A stretch of DNA of 64,000 nt. Source: Cyanophora paradoxa CCMP329 (taxonomy: Eukaryota; Plantae; Glaucophyta). Under the pieces are notes generated by a model. The model saw only the letters and a program-made list of their open reading frames with translations. It was not told the origin of the DNA and ran no database searches. Made by a program: the position numbers and the translations under genes. The DNA lies in NCBI GenBank assembly GCA_004431415.1, contig QPMI01000036.1, positions 519,163 to 583,162 of the forward strand, in the 5' to 3' direction. Shown here piece by piece: positions 1-13,229 of the stretch (position 1 is the stretch's first letter; each line of letters opens with the position of its first letter).

Positions 1-791
1 GAGGAGACGGACCGGGGCCGCGATGCGAGTGTGGGCCTCCCACCGGTGGCACCCTCCGAAGCTGTAGTAGAGCCCGGGGTAGCCTTCGACCTCCTGCGGC
101 CGACGTACGCGTAGGTGAGCACGCGGCCGAGATCTCTCCCAGCTGCCTGGGAGCTAGCGTGTACGCGCACGAGAACGTCGATCGGCGGCACGTCCTCCGG
201 CTTAGATTGCAGGGTTTCCATGAGACTGCAGACCTGCGAGCGCAGATCGATGGCGGTTCAACGAACGAGCGCTGCGTGCGCTCATCATTACGCGCGGCGC
301 ACCTTCTTCTCGTCGAGTATCGGGATGAGGGGGCGACGGATCTGGCCCATGGGAATCTCGACTACCGGCACATCCAGGAGCTCGCTGTTAGCCGGCATGG
401 CTGGGCGCGCGTCGCCTGCGCAGCACGCGTCGCGCTAATGAGGCTGGAGCTGCAGCGCTTTACGAGCGCTGTAGGTCACAGCGCTATAGCTGATGCTGCG
501 CGCAGCGAAGCTGCGCTGAGTGCGTAAATGACGTCCAAGGCGTGCGCGTGCCAGGCGCTGTCCGGCCGCTGCGTCGACGAGTTGGAGCGGTGAGCGGCGA
601 TTCAGACACAGTTGCGCTGTTGAGCGCGCTGCACGCGCACGCTAGCTGGGCCGCGGCTCTCGGTGTCTGAGCAGAAGCGATTCGCGTACCCGGGAAAGCC
701 AGGCGAACTGGAAAGCAGCGGCATCCAAAGCAGCGCCGAACCGCGATCCACATTCCTCTGAACGCAGAAGAACCGCCCGTACGCCCCCGAG

Positions 792-1624
792 ATGGGGGCC
801 TCGACGTCCGGCCTCCTGCCTCAGGACGTCGAGGAGCTCAGCGAGATGTCAGCACCACCCGCAGAGCCTCGCTCACCTGTGCTGATGTCGGCGCCGCAGC
901 TACGGCCTCGAGCACGGAGAGATCAGGCGCTTGTACAAGCGGTTTCGCCGCCTAGATAAGAAGTGCCCTGCCCCGCGCGCGCGCGCCTGTGCGAGCTTCG
1001 CCTTATTCAGCGTCGCAGCGGCTTCGGCTCGCTCTCGAGTGAATGCTTCCTGTCCATCCCTGAGCTCGCCATCAACCCGCTCGTGACGCGGTTCATGGAG
1101 GTGCGCATACTCCAGTTGGGCGGCGCGAGGGCGCCTCTTAGCGCTCACTTTGCGGTTCAGCTTCTGGATGAGGTGAATTTCCGGGACTTTGTGAAGCTGG
1201 TGTGGGTTTTCAGCCAGAAGGGAACGCGAGAAGAGAAGGTCAAATGTGAGCCTCGCCTGAACGCGTCCAGCGCATGTGCACGGGGGCGCTTCTCACGCTC
1301 GCATGCAGTCGCGTTCCAGTTGTACGACGTCGACCAGGACGGCTCGATATCGGAGCAGGACGTATTCCACGTTTTGAGGCTCATGACTGGAAAGTTCCTG
1401 TCGGTGCGCCGCGCTCGCGGCTCGCTGCCGGCGAGCTCGAGTGCGCTCCCGTGACGCGCTCGCGCCCGCCGCAGGACGAGCAGCTGCGGGCGATCGCGAA
1501 GCAGACGGTGGAGCGGGCCGACTCGGACGGCGACGGCGTCCTCAGCAAAGAGGAGTTCGCGAAGAGCCTCGCGGCCGAGGAGGATGACCGGTTCATGAAG
1601 ATGATGACGATCGACTCGTTCTAG
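792..1624 (+). CDS. Calcineurin B / CHP-like EF-hand Ca2+-binding protein (multi-exon)
   Basis: Spliced reading MGASTSGLLPQDVEEL..EIRRLYKRFRRLDK..FLSIPELAINPL..VNFRDFVK..FQLYDVDQDGSIS..ADSDGDGVLSKEEF. N-terminal MGxxxS myristoylation motif; EF-hand loops; short GT-AG introns. Confidence 0.9.
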
Positions 1625-1767
1625 ATCTGTCCGGCCTAGCTAGGCTCCCTCGGGCGTGGCCTGGCCAGCCCCGCCCTCCTACGCCCGCTAGTGTGCAGCG
1701 AGTGGCCTGGCGACGTCCTGTAAACTCTGCGACAAGGTGCTGCTGCTATCTGCTGTGCGCGACGGGA

Positions 1768-3759
1768 TCATGTCTCCATGGGGTCTCCAGCGGGCGTTGG
1801 CCGTATCCCCGAGCGGGCAAGGGCGGCGGGGGCGGAGAGGGCGGGGGCGAGGCCGCCGGACTCGTGGTGGGAGTGGGAGCGGGGCGTGGTCTGCGGCGAG
1901 GGCGCGTGGGGCGCCGCGAACATGGCCGCCCCCTCCTCCAGCACTGTGTCGTAGATGAACCTGGCCCGCCGCCGTCAGCGGGGCGCGCGCGCGGCGGGGG
2001 CGGCCGGGGCGGAGGAAGGGGCGGGGGTCGGCGCACTTGTACTGCTCGCGCTGCTGGACCATGCCGGGGCGTGACTCACGCATGGCGCTGACCGTCTTGT
2101 AGATGGTAAAGAGGGCGCCGCTGCCGGCCGGCGGGAGGGAGGAGGCGGAGGGCGGGCGGGCGGAGGCGGCGGAGGCGGAGGCGGCGGAGAGGAGGGGGGC
2201 GTTGGAGTGGTTGGCGAGGCTGCGCTGGCGGTGGAGATCCAAGTACTGCCGCAGCTGCACCCCGCCCCGCCCCGTCGGCCCCCGCCGCATAGGGCGCGGA
2301 GCGGCGGCCGGGCACCTTGCGGAGTTCGTGGTGGATCGCGATGAAGGCCCCGGTGCGACCGACGCCGGCGCTGCCGCCCCGCGATCGGCCCGTGCCGCGG
2401 CGGCCCTGCCGGGCAGTGGCGCACCTGCAGTGCACGGTGATGGGCGCGGATGCGTCCTCGGCTCGCGAGGCGTTGAGGCGAGCCACATCCACGCCGGCCC
2501 GCCACGCTTCGTCCACGAGCCTGCTGCCGGCGTCAGCGCGGCGGGCGCGCCGCGGGCGGGGCGGGCCAGCGCACCGGACGAGCTGGCGGATGGCCTGCGT
2601 CCCCGTGGGCCCGCTGGGCACCGAGTGGTCCGGCCAGCCGATGAACTGCGCGCGGGGCGCCCGTCTGGGGTCGACCGGTGGCCCGCGGGGCGGGGGGGCG
2701 GGGGCGGACCTGGTACTGGACCACTTCACGCTCCGCCTCGTCCCTGTCGTTCATCATCTCCGGGCGCGGCGTGCTAACCTGTCGCGCGCGAGCCGGCCGA
2801 ACGTCAGCCGCGGGAGCGGGCGCGAGCCGGCGGCGCCGGGCGGCGGTACCTTGGAGCGCGAGATCTTGAACACGCGCTTGTGCAGGCCCGGCACGTTCGC
2901 CATCACACCGCTCTCGATGCAGCGTACTACAATTGTGCCGTACGTGTGCGGAGGCTGGTTCGGCTCGGGCCAGTACCGATCACACTTGGTCTGCGCACGG
3001 CATCAGCTCCGGACTCAGCGGCCGGAGGTGCGCTCCGAGTCGCACCCGATCGTTCTCCGTTTCGCGCGTTAGCATAACGATCACACGGGTGTGTCTGATC
3101 ACGTGCTGGTTAGCCATTGCAGCGTGGCGCAGGCTGGCATTGACGTCTTTGACGCACTGCTCCCATATCATGCGCCAAAACTGCGGGAAAGTGGAGGGAA
3201 GGGGTGCCTGAGTGGCGATATACGTTTTCTCGTTGTTGGAGAGCTGTGCTGCGGAGTCAGCGATGGCCAGTGCCCGACTTGCAACTGGGCAGTCGGACCT
3301 TGATGTAGTTAGCGTTGATGTAATCTGTGCCCTCCTCGTCGCCAATAACCTTCAGTTTGACCCGCGTGTGCTCATCTGCTCGGCCAGGGCAGCAACCGCG
3401 GAATGCGGATGGTAAGCCAAGCTCCGATGAGGGCTTCAAAGGCTGGGGTGCTGTGCTAGCCGGGCGAATACACGCACAGGGCAAGATGTTGGCATATCTG
3501 TTCGCCGAAGTCTGCTGCCGTGCGTACTGCAAGTCGCCCTTCTTCTCCTCCCTTTGCAGTCGCTGCGAGGGGAGGGCCCGTGTCAGTTCCACGTGTATAG
3601 CTATAGCGGGCTGAGATCAGCAAGCGGGCTTGCATCGAACTCGTCGTCGAACCCATCGCCTCGCCGGCTAGGAAGAACTTGCCGGAGGGAGGCGACGTGG
3701 TTTTGGAATTCGTGCAGCGGGTCTGTGATTGAAACCGCCGAGCCGGCGGCGGGCCTCAT
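1768..3759 (-). CDS. Classical protein-tyrosine phosphatase (multi-exon)
   Basis: Motifs in order across exons: NRYANILP, DYINANYIK, YIATQAPL, FWRMIWEQ, VIVMLT, KCDRYWP, WPDH, VHCSAGVGRTG, MVQQREQY. The start codon is tentative. Confidence 0.92.
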
Positions 3760-3955
3760 CCCCAAACCACCGCGCAGCGAAACCAGGGTCTGAATGGGGG
3801 GTACGCGTGTCTTCCACCCTTCCGCAACTCGAATTCGAGCTTGCAGCAGGGCACGGGTGTCTCTACATTCATCTCAGGGGACACTGAGGCTGAGTCTTCC
3901 TACAGGGTGCCACGGTGCAGCTGGGTGCACATACAACAACGGCCGAGACCGCGCT

Positions 3956-6947
3956 TCAGGGGCGAAGGCCGCGCATCATCTTCGCCGTCGCGCGGTCCTG
4001 AGGCGAGGGAGAGTCGGTCGAACGCAGGCGCAGGGGACCGCGTCGAAGGGGCCCGGCACCTTGCGGTGGTGGTTCGCGACTGCCGCCTTGTTGCGGTCCT
4101 TCCAGGCCCGCTCCCGCAGCGACGGTTCCGCCTTCTGCTCCCCCTCGCCCCCCTCGCCGCCGCCGCCGCCCCCTGCCCCGCGCCCCGCGCCGCCGCTTCC
4201 CCCCCGGCCGCCGCCCCCCGGCCCCGCGGCCCGCGCCCCGCGGCGGCCTCCTCCCCCGCTCCGGCTCCGCGGCCGCCCCTGCCCGGGCCGCTCGGGCGCC
4301 GGCGGGGCCGCCGCGCCCCGCCTGCGCCCCCGCCGGACCGGCGCCGGCGGCCCCCGAAGCGGGGCCCGGGGCGCCCTCGCCGCCCTCCTCGCCCTCCCCC
4401 TCCTCCTCCTCCTCCTCGTACTCCCAGGCAGGCCTCCTCCGCGCCTCGGGCTTGGCGTTCAGCCTCCGCACATCCCCGCGGACTGCGCCCGCCCCAGGCC
4501 CCGGGCCGTCCGTCAGGCCCCCGCAGCCGCCCCAGACTCGCACGCGCGCGGGGGGGTACGGACTCTTGAACGGGTCCTCTTCCTCCTCCTCCTCCTCGCC
4601 GGGGACGCCCGGCCTGGCGCCCGGCTTGGAGCCGCCGGGCTTGGCCGGCTTCACGATCTTGGCCGTGTCCTCCGTGACCTCGCCCGCGTCCAGCACCGCG
4701 ACGCCGTACCCGTCCATCGTGTCGTCGTACTCGTCCTGCGGGGCGCGGAGGGCTCAGCGGGGCCCTGTACCCCCCTCCAACCTTCCCAGGCCGCGCGCCT
4801 CGTACTCGTCGGCCTCGATGCGGGAGGCGGCGGCGATGACGAGGGCCTTGGGCGCAGGCTCGTCCCGCGCCGCGCGGTTGTCCCCGCCCCTGCGTAGAAT
4901 CCTCGGACCCGGCGGGGCCAGCCAAGAGCAGAGCCGAGCAGGGGAAGCGGAGGGGCGCACCACTTGCCCGTGTGGACGCGGGCGGCGTCCACACTGTCGC
5001 GCGAGAAGACGTCGAACTCGTCCCCCGCAAACACGTTCCGCCGGCTCTCCAGCAGGCTCCCGCCCCCGCTCCCACTCCCGCTCCCGCTCCCGCCGGCGCT
5101 CGGGCCAGCCTGGAAAATGATGAGGGACGGGGCGGGATGGGGGCGGAAGCGTGCTTCGCGCACCGAGGGCTGGGCGGGGGCGGAGGAGGGCCCAGAAGGG
5201 CCGCCCACCAGGCGGGACACCGCGGCGCGCTGCAGAGGGGGGGGGGATGAGAGGCGGCGGGGGTACGCGAAAGAGCGCAGCAGCGGAGGCGGGCCTCGGG
5301 CCCCGTGAGGCAGTCGAAGGTGGCGATGGCGTCAGCGGCGCGGAGTCCGAACTCGGAGGCTATGGCGGGGGACGCCTCGTGGAGGGCCCCCACCGCCTCC
5401 GCGAAGGCCTGCGGGGGGTACCGGAGGTTAGGGGCGGGGGATGGAGCGGTGGGGGGTACGTGCGCGCGCGCGCGCGCGCCTCGCCGAGGAGCTCGCGTGG
5501 CACGCTGAGGCAGGGGCTGCACTCGGGGATGGCGCCGGGGGCGAGTGCCCCCCGCTCGAAGAACGCGTGCCGGCACGCTGCGCGGCGGGCGTGGCGCGCG
5601 TGAGCGCCGGACGGGATCGGCGCGGCTCGGGCCGGGTCGGATCGCACCGGCGACGGCGGCGCGGACGACGGCGCGGCGGAGCGGGGCGGAGGCGGGCGAG
5701 GAGGGGGGGAAGAGGGCGTCGGCGCAGGCGGCGAGGGGGGGGAGCGAGGCGAGGAGCGCGTGTGCGGCCGGCGGGTGCGCCTTCGTCAGCTGCTGCAGGC
5801 TGAAGGCGATGTCCGCGACGTACGCGCGCGCCTCGGCCAGCTCGCCGGCCGGCAGGCCCGCGCCGCCCCCGCAGCGCCGCCTCAGCTCGCCCAGGACGCC
5901 CGCGACGCAGCCGGCGGCCTCCTCCAGGTCCGACTCGTACGCCGGCTGCTGCTTGAAGAGCCGGCGGCAGAAGTCGGCGACCAGGGCCGGCCGCCCCGGG
6001 CCGTACAGGGCGCAGACGTCCAGGACCTTCGGAATGTCCTGCGAGAGCGAGAGGCTCGCCCGAAGCAACGGAGGAAGCAGAGGCCGGGCTGGGGAAGGGG
6101 CGCGGGGCGCACGAGGGCCCACGAGTCGTAGACGGCGGCGGCCCAGAATTTCGGTGCCAGGAAGGCCCCCGGTCCCTCCTCCGTGCGCGACATGCGGAGC
6201 AGCACGCGCAGGACGCGGTCCTGAAGCGTGTACTCCAGCGCCTCCGTCCGGTCGTCCTCCGCAGCGGCGCCGTCTGCCCCGTCCTCCCCGTCGAATGGCC
6301 GCCGGCGGTACCGAAGGTACGTGTCCAGGAAGGCCGCGCAGGATTTGTTGAAGAGCACTGCGCGGCGCCTCAGGCGGCGCGATCGCTCTCCTCCCGCAGG
6401 GCCCCGCGGACCGTGCGACCAGAAGACAGAGTGGGAGCAGCGGAGGAGCTTGCTGACGTCCTCGATGTGCAGCTCGAGCACGTCGGCACGGCTCACGCCG
6501 GTCGGAAGCTGACCCTTTCCTCCTGCCGCGAGAGTTAGCCGCGCGCCGGCGGTCATGTGGGGCGGCTCAGAAGGCGCGGACCCTGGTCGGGCAGGTACGG
6601 GGCGAAGGCGATCTCCACCTCGCGCGTCCAGTGCTGCGCAAGCGCGCGCGAACGTGAGCGTTCTGAAACCGCGCCACCGCGTCCCCGGACTGCGGTGTGA
6701 ACGCGCTCACCGGGTCAATCGCCTTCACCTCCCGCTGCCCGATGACGACCGTGCGCTGGTCGGCTGGCAATGATGCCGAAGCGGCATCCTTCCGCGCTCG
6801 CTCCTGCGCGACTTGCTCGGCTCTGAGGGCGTCCTGGCCGGCTTGGATGTCTCTCCGCGAAGGACCGGGCGGAGCGGGCGCTCCGCCTCGGCCGCCCCGT
6901 CCACCACGGAATCCTCCGCCGCGCTGCTGCCTCTCGCCGGGCGGCAT
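3956..6947 (-). CDS. ASCC2: Activating signal cointegrator 1 complex subunit 2-like (ASCC2/Cue3), multi-exon
   Basis: FLDTYLRY, DIPKVLDVCALYG, RRNVFAGDEFDVF, DEYDDTMD and C-terminal NHHRKDRATAKMMRGL are characteristic ASCC2 blocks. Confidence 0.82.
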
Positions 6948-7079
6948 CGCCAGAGGCCCAGGGGCCAGAGCGCTTGCTGGGGTACAGTGAGAACCTCGCG
7001 CTTAGTCCGTCGCTCGAGCTCGTCTTCGCCGCCGAGCCCTGCGGGCCCCGAGATCGCTCCGATCATTCGATATCGCAAA

Positions 7080-10000
7080 ATGGCTTGCGGAGGCTGCTTC
7101 CCATGCCTGCCGAACGGTTTCACTGTTGACTCGCCTCCCGTGCGCTCTCGGCTCGCCGAGATCTACGAGCCGAACGTGGCCGATGCTCGGTGCGGCCCTT
7201 TCCCGCGCGTACGTGTATCGGCACGCCGTGGACGCCCGCCCGCAGGTACGGCGGCCTCATCCTCAAGTTTCAGGAGGAGTTCGGCAAGCGGCCGACGTAC
7301 TTTGTCCGGGCGCCGGGCCGCGTCAACCTGATCGGCGAGCACGTCGACTACAGCGGCTACTCCGTCCTGCCGTGCGCCATCTCGCAGGACGTCGTCATGG
7401 CCTGCAGCGTCGAGCCGGACGAGCGCCTCGTCCTCACGAACGTCGACGACGCGTACCCGACGAAGCAGATCGAGCTGACGGAGGACATCGTGATCGACAG
7501 CAAGGCGCACCACTGGACGAACTACTTCCTTTGCGGCTACAAGGCGAGCCGGCCCGGCCTCGCCGCCCCCGCGCCCCCTCGTCGACGCGACGCGGCCGCC
7601 GGCAGGGCATCCTGGAGCACGTGAAGGAGGGCCCGAAGCCGGCCGTCTTCGGCATGCGCGTCGCAGTCGACGGGACCGTCCCCGCCGTGCGTCCCCGCGC
7701 GCTCCCCGCCGCCCCGCCCCGCACGCGTTCGCGGGCTCGAGCCGCCGCTTTCGAATACAGGGCTCCGGCCTCTCGAGCTCTTCGGCGATGGTGTGCGCCT
7801 CGGCGCTCGCTGCGCTGCACGGCGCCAAGAAGCAGCTCGACAAGGTCACCCCCTCCCGCCCCCTCCCGCCCCGCCCGCCCGGCCGCCCGACGCGGGCGAC
7901 CGGCGCAGAGCAAGATCGCGACGATCGCCGCGAAGAGCGAGCAGTACATGGGCGTCATGAGCGGCGGGTGCGCGCGCCCCAGCCAGCCGGCCGGCAAGCT
8001 AGCTCGCTGTCGCCTGCGCCGCTCTAGCTCCCCTGCAGGATGGACCAGGCGATCTCTAGCTAGCCGGCTAACTCGCTCCCGTCCGCGCCGCCGCTCTGAC
8101 GCCCCCGCCATCGCCCAGGATGGACCAGGCCATCTCGATGACGGCGCGCGCCGGCTTCGCGAAGCACATCCACTTCGACCCGCTGACGACGGAGGACGTG
8201 AAGCTCCCCGCCGGCTGCTCCATCGTCGTCGCCAACACCCTCGTCGAGGCCAACAAGTGCGCGCGCGCCCGCCCGCCGCCCCCCGGAAACGAGAGCAGAA
8301 GATGAAAATCCGCACCCGTCTCCGACCCGACTCTCTTAGAAATCCGCCCCCTCCTCCGACCCGCCCCGCTTCGAACATAGAACCGGAGACGAAGATGTTA
8401 AATCCAGCCCGCGCTCGGCCCTCCGCCCCCTTTCCTGACACGCCCCGCCCCGCCTCTTTCCTGACCGGCCGCTCCGAGCATCGAACCGCCCCCTTTCCTG
8501 ACCGGCCCTCCGCTCCGAGTGTAGAGCCGCCCCTTTCTGACGGGCGCCGCCCCGCCCGAAGGTACGCGACGGCGGACACGTGCTACAACCGGCGCGTCGT
8601 CGAGTGCATCCTGGCGGCGAAGCTCCTGGCGAGCAAGCTCGGCCTCGACTGGCGCTCCGTCCGCCGCCTCCGCGACGTCGAGGAGAAGTCCGAGAAGGTA
8701 GTGCCCTCTTCAGGTTTCTTAGGTCTCGGCTAGAAGATTCTAGCGGTTTCTCTCTTAGGTTATCTTAGGTCTAGGTTAGCCGTCGCGACCTCCAGGAGAA
8801 GTCCGAGAAGGTGCTAGCACTCTTGGCCCCGCGGTTCCTCAGGTCTAGGTTAGAAGATTCTAGCCTCAGGAGAGAAGGTCCCAGCCGCCGCGCGACCTAT
8901 CTCCCGCCCCGCCACCCCTCCACTTGCCCCTCCATCCATCCATTCCGCGCCGCGCCGGCCTGACGTCCCTCCAGGGCGTGGCGGCGCTGGCGGAGGCGGT
9001 GGATGCGCACCTGCAGCGCGCCCCCTACTCCATCGAGGAGGTCGCCCAGGCCCTCGGCGTCCCCGTGCGTCCGCGCCCCAGGCTGAGGAAAGTGCTTTAG
9101 ACGGTTGAAAGCTCAAAGAGTAAAGTGAAGCTTGAGCTCAAAGCTTAAAGACTTAGCTCGACATCGAGAGCTCAACTTAGAATCTAGAAATCTAATGGCG
9201 TAAGATGGTATAGCTTAGGCCCTCGGCGTCCCCGTGCGGCCGCCCCTCCCCCTAGATACTTGTTAGATTCTAGAAAATAAAGAATCTAGAGCGCTCGAAA
9301 CCGCATAAGCTCAAAGATTGAACGTAAGCGTAAGATGGTATAGCTTAGGCCCTCGGCGTCCCCGTGCGGCCCCTCCCTCCCCCTAGATATCCAAAATTCT
9401 AAGCTAGCATCTAGGAATGCAACCTAGGAATCTGATCTTCGGGGCGGGCGGGCGGGGCCGCAGGCGTCGGAGCTGCAGGCGAGCTGCGTGGCGGGGCAGC
9501 CAAACGCGCGGTTCGAGTTCCCCGCCGGCAAGGTCCTCCACCTCCACGCCCGGTCCGCCCCGGCCCCGACCCCGCCCCTCTAGCTAAGGATAACTATCAA
9601 CTATCTAGATCTGAGTTAACTGTAGTCATCTGTAGTCATCTACGCTTTAGCTAGCCCGGTCCGCCCCTGTGCCCTCCCCGGCCGCCGCCGTCCCCGCCCG
9701 CCGCTTTCCTAGCAGCGTCTTCCCGCTCCTCCCCCCTCCTCCTCCCCCTCCCCCCCCTCTGACGCCCGCGGGGCGGGGGCAGGGCGTACCACGTGTACAC
9801 GGAGGCCGGCCGCGTCGCCGCCTTCGACGCCACCTGCCGCCGCTCGCCCTTCCCCGACCAGGTCCGCGCGCCGGGGCGGGGCGGGGCGGGCCGGGCCGGG
9901 CCAGTCTAGGAGTAGCAGACGCGCTGGATGGGGGAATAGTTGCTTCGCGTGGCGGGGCGGGCTGGATGATAGCGGAGCAGGGGCCGGGAACGCGGAGAGG

Positions 10001-10701
10001 GGGCCTGGTCTAGGAATAGCAGACGCGCCGCGCCCTGCGCTGCCGCGCACCAGGCGCAGGGCGGGGGGCGGGATGCTTCAGGGGGGAACTAGACTTCACG
10101 CTGAGCGCTGTCTTAGCCCCCGCGCCCTCCGAGCCTCACGCCCGTCCCTGCAGCTGGCCGAGCTGGGGCGCCTGATGGACGGGAGCCACGCCTCGTGCCG
10201 CGACTACTTCGACTGCTCCTGCCCCGAGCTCGACCAGGTCCGATGCGATTCTTATTTTAAGAACCTATCTAACTAGAGTAGTCTGCATTAGTAAGCAGTC
10301 TACAAGAGTGGTGAGAACTTATCCAACAAGAGTACACAAGCACCTTATTCTAAGAACCTATCTAACGAGAGTAGTCTTCGTGATGCTAAAGCTAACCGGA
10401 GTCATCTGAACAGCTGACGGCCATCTGCCGCGAGGCCGGCGCACTCGGCTCCCGCCTCACCGGCGCCGGCTGGGGCGGCTGCACCGTCTCCCTCGTCCCC
10501 GACGCCAAGCTCGCCTCCTTCCTCTCCGACGCACGTACCCCCGCCCCGCTCCTCCCCCCCCGGACTCCTCTCTGAACCGGTACCCCGGCCGTGCAGGTGA
10601 CGGGCAAGTACTTCCGGGGGGCGCGGAGGTACAACGGCGAGATCTCCAAGGTCCTGTTCGCATGCAAGCCCGGCAACGGCGCGGCCGTCTACATCCCCTA
10701 G
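7080..10701 (+). CDS. Galactokinase / GalNAc kinase (GHMP family), multi-exon
   Basis: [52 protein letters not shown] and [12 protein letters not shown]. Head-to-head with ASCC2 across ~130 bp. Confidence 0.93.
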
Positions 10702-11020
10702 GCCCAGCCGCTACGTATACAGCTAGTAGCCGCCGGTCTCGAACCTCTTCCAGTTTTCGCCTGCAGGCTGCACGCTCTATCTCTCTCTCTCTCTCTCTCC
10801 CGCTGTCGATCCCGGTCGCTTGGCATTTTCTTGTATTGTCATCGTCAAAACACTCCTACAAAGTTGTTTACTGATCACAGAGCACTGCGTTTTCCTGCCA
10901 GTAGATGGGTACTGTACAACGGGCACACTGCTTATGGTACACGGAAAGCTTAAGCTTGAGTCGCCGGGTCCTCGCTCCGCTCCGCGGGGTGAAAATTAAA
11001 AGAAACGGAACGGAACGAGA

Positions 11021-12789
11021 TCAGTCCCGCCGGCCGTCGATCTGCGCTATGATCTTCCGGACCGTCTCCGCGTCCTCCGCGAGCGGCAGCCTGAACGCAA
11101 AGAAAGGCCTGAGCGGGGGGGAAGAACCGGGGGGGGCCATCCGAGGGGGGGTACCGCTCCAGGTACGCCGCGAGGTCGGCGCGGGCGTCGGGGAGTCGGC
11201 CTTCGAAGAAGTGGCAGAAGCCGCGGTCGCGGATCTCCGCGGGGGCCCCCGGCGTCACGCACAGGATCATCTGGCGGCCATTTTCAGGGCCCGGGGGGTA
11301 CAGGGGAGGAGCGCGGGGCGGGGGAGCGGGTGGGGGTCACGGGGGTACCTGGACGGCCGAGAAGGTGTGCGCCACGTTGGACTGCTCGAGGTACGCCGTC
11401 TTGAGCGTCTGGAGGAGCCTGCGAACGAAGAAGGTTAGAATAAACGGGCCGGGGGTACGATGCAGGAAATCGGGGTACGGGGCGCACCGGCCGACGAAGC
11501 GGCGGCGCCAGGGGACCTGCCCCCTGCTCTTCAGCGCCTCCCCAAGCTTGAGCTTGTACCCGTACGCCTCGCTCAGGCGCTCTTCGCAGTCCTGCTGGAA
11601 GATGACGTCACCCCGGCCTGCCGGACGCGTGACGTCACGTCAGCGCGCCGCGTCGTACCCCCCGAAGCCGCTGAGCGGCGAGCACGCACGGAAGGGATCG
11701 ATGAAGAAGTCGAGCTCGGGGTCCACTGGGCGCAGAAGGCCGGTCACAACGAGCCCTGCCGGCCGGCCGGCCAGGTCAGGGGGATACAGGAGCAGACGCG
11801 GGGCGAGGCGGGGGAGGGGTACGCACCCGGGAGGTTCAGCGCCTCGAGCTCGAGGCCGAGCCGGGAGGCGACGGCGTAGTACAGCAGTGAGAGGGAGATG
11901 GGAATGCCCGCGCGGCGATCCATGACGCGGTGCATGAGCGAGTTGCGCCTGCGCGGGAGGAGCTTCGGGGTGAGCGCAGGGGAGACGGCGGAGGGCGGAA
12001 GGAGAGTCGGGCGGTGCCGTACGGGTCGAGGATGTTGATGTCGCCGGTGAATCCCTCCTCGTCGAAGAGAACCTTGTTGATCGCCTGCGCGGCCGGGCGG
12101 GCGTCACGCAGCGCACAGTGAACGGGGCCGCGGCCGTCCAGTCACTGAGCTGGCATTCTGGTTTGGGGTCGCTCCGCGCGGCCCGCCGGCTCTCTTTGCT
12201 CAGTTCTAGAGCGGCGAACCTTTATCCGCTTGAGAACGGGCGCGTCGGCGTTGCCGTCGAGTTCGGCGAGGGCCCGCAGCGCGTACGCCTCGACGCGGCC
12301 GAGGTACTCGTCGACGTCCACCTGCGGCCGCGTTCGAATTCGCGCTTTGCAAAGCGCGAATTGCGTGCTGGCGGGGCTCGTACGTCGGCGTCCGCGTCCA
12401 GAAGCTGCGCCACGACGAACGCCGCCCTGCAGACCAACCGACTCGGCGGCCGAAGGCCGCGCAGGCTGGAGATAGTCATACCGGACAAGGTCAATCTGAG
12501 AGTCTTCGGAAACCGACAGGAGCCCCTGGAAGGCCGCGGTGTTGAGCGGCGCCGGGACCCGCTCCTTGCCAGCCGTATCCGCCGCGGCCCGCGGCGGCGT
12601 CCAGACGGACGGCACGGATCTCGAATGGAAGCGACGAGTCTGGACCGGCTGCGCGGCGGCCCATCGCGAACGGCCGAGGGCCGTCGGGTGCGAATTCGTC
12701 TGCGGCGCCTGTACGCAGACGCGCTGCGGCGCCGGCTGGACGACGGATGCGCCGGGCCGGCTGGAGAGCGGCGCGAGCCCCACGAACAT
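11021..12789 (-). CDS. SirB1/YchA-like transglutaminase-core + TPR protein with predicted plastid transit peptide
   Basis: AINKVLFDEEGFTG, NSLMHRVMDRRAGIPISLSLLY..ASRLGL..LNLPG, FFIDPF and C-terminal EIRDRG..ARADLAAYLE. The N-terminus MFVGLAPLSSR.. is Ser/Ala/Pro/Arg-rich and lacks acidic residues. Confidence 0.8.
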
Positions 12790-13229
12790 GTTGCTACTGC
12801 CCAAAAAAGGCTGGGGGCCGCGGGAAGCAGAAAAAGCAAACGCTGTACGCCCCCCACGGGGGAAGGAGCGCGGGGGGAAGGAGCGCGTTGGGGGGGAAAG
12901 AGCGGGGCGTACGCCGGCGTGCGCGCCTCTCCAGTTCGCGGTCCAGTTCGTTCAGTCGGCGGCACCGCTCCCTCGCGCTCCCTCGCGCTCCGCACGTCCG
13001 TCACACACCAATGTTCGGTGCGTCAGCCGCGGATTCTCTCTGCGCGCGTACCGATTCGCGACCTGACGTCCGGTCCGAAGCCGGTTCAGCGCTCAGCGCG
13101 GCCTCGAGCGCTCCTGCAAGGCTTGAGCATCCTCGGTGAGCGATTTAGCATGCAATGACGCGCCCGCGCGCGAAGCGCGGGGCGGGGAGAGCAAGATTCC
13201 TTCGACTCTGACCGGTTCACACGGACAGA

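Noticed and set aside
1-527. 3' end of a gene entering from the left (ORF 159-527)
   Set aside because: Plausible, but truncated and unassignable, so not reported as a feature.
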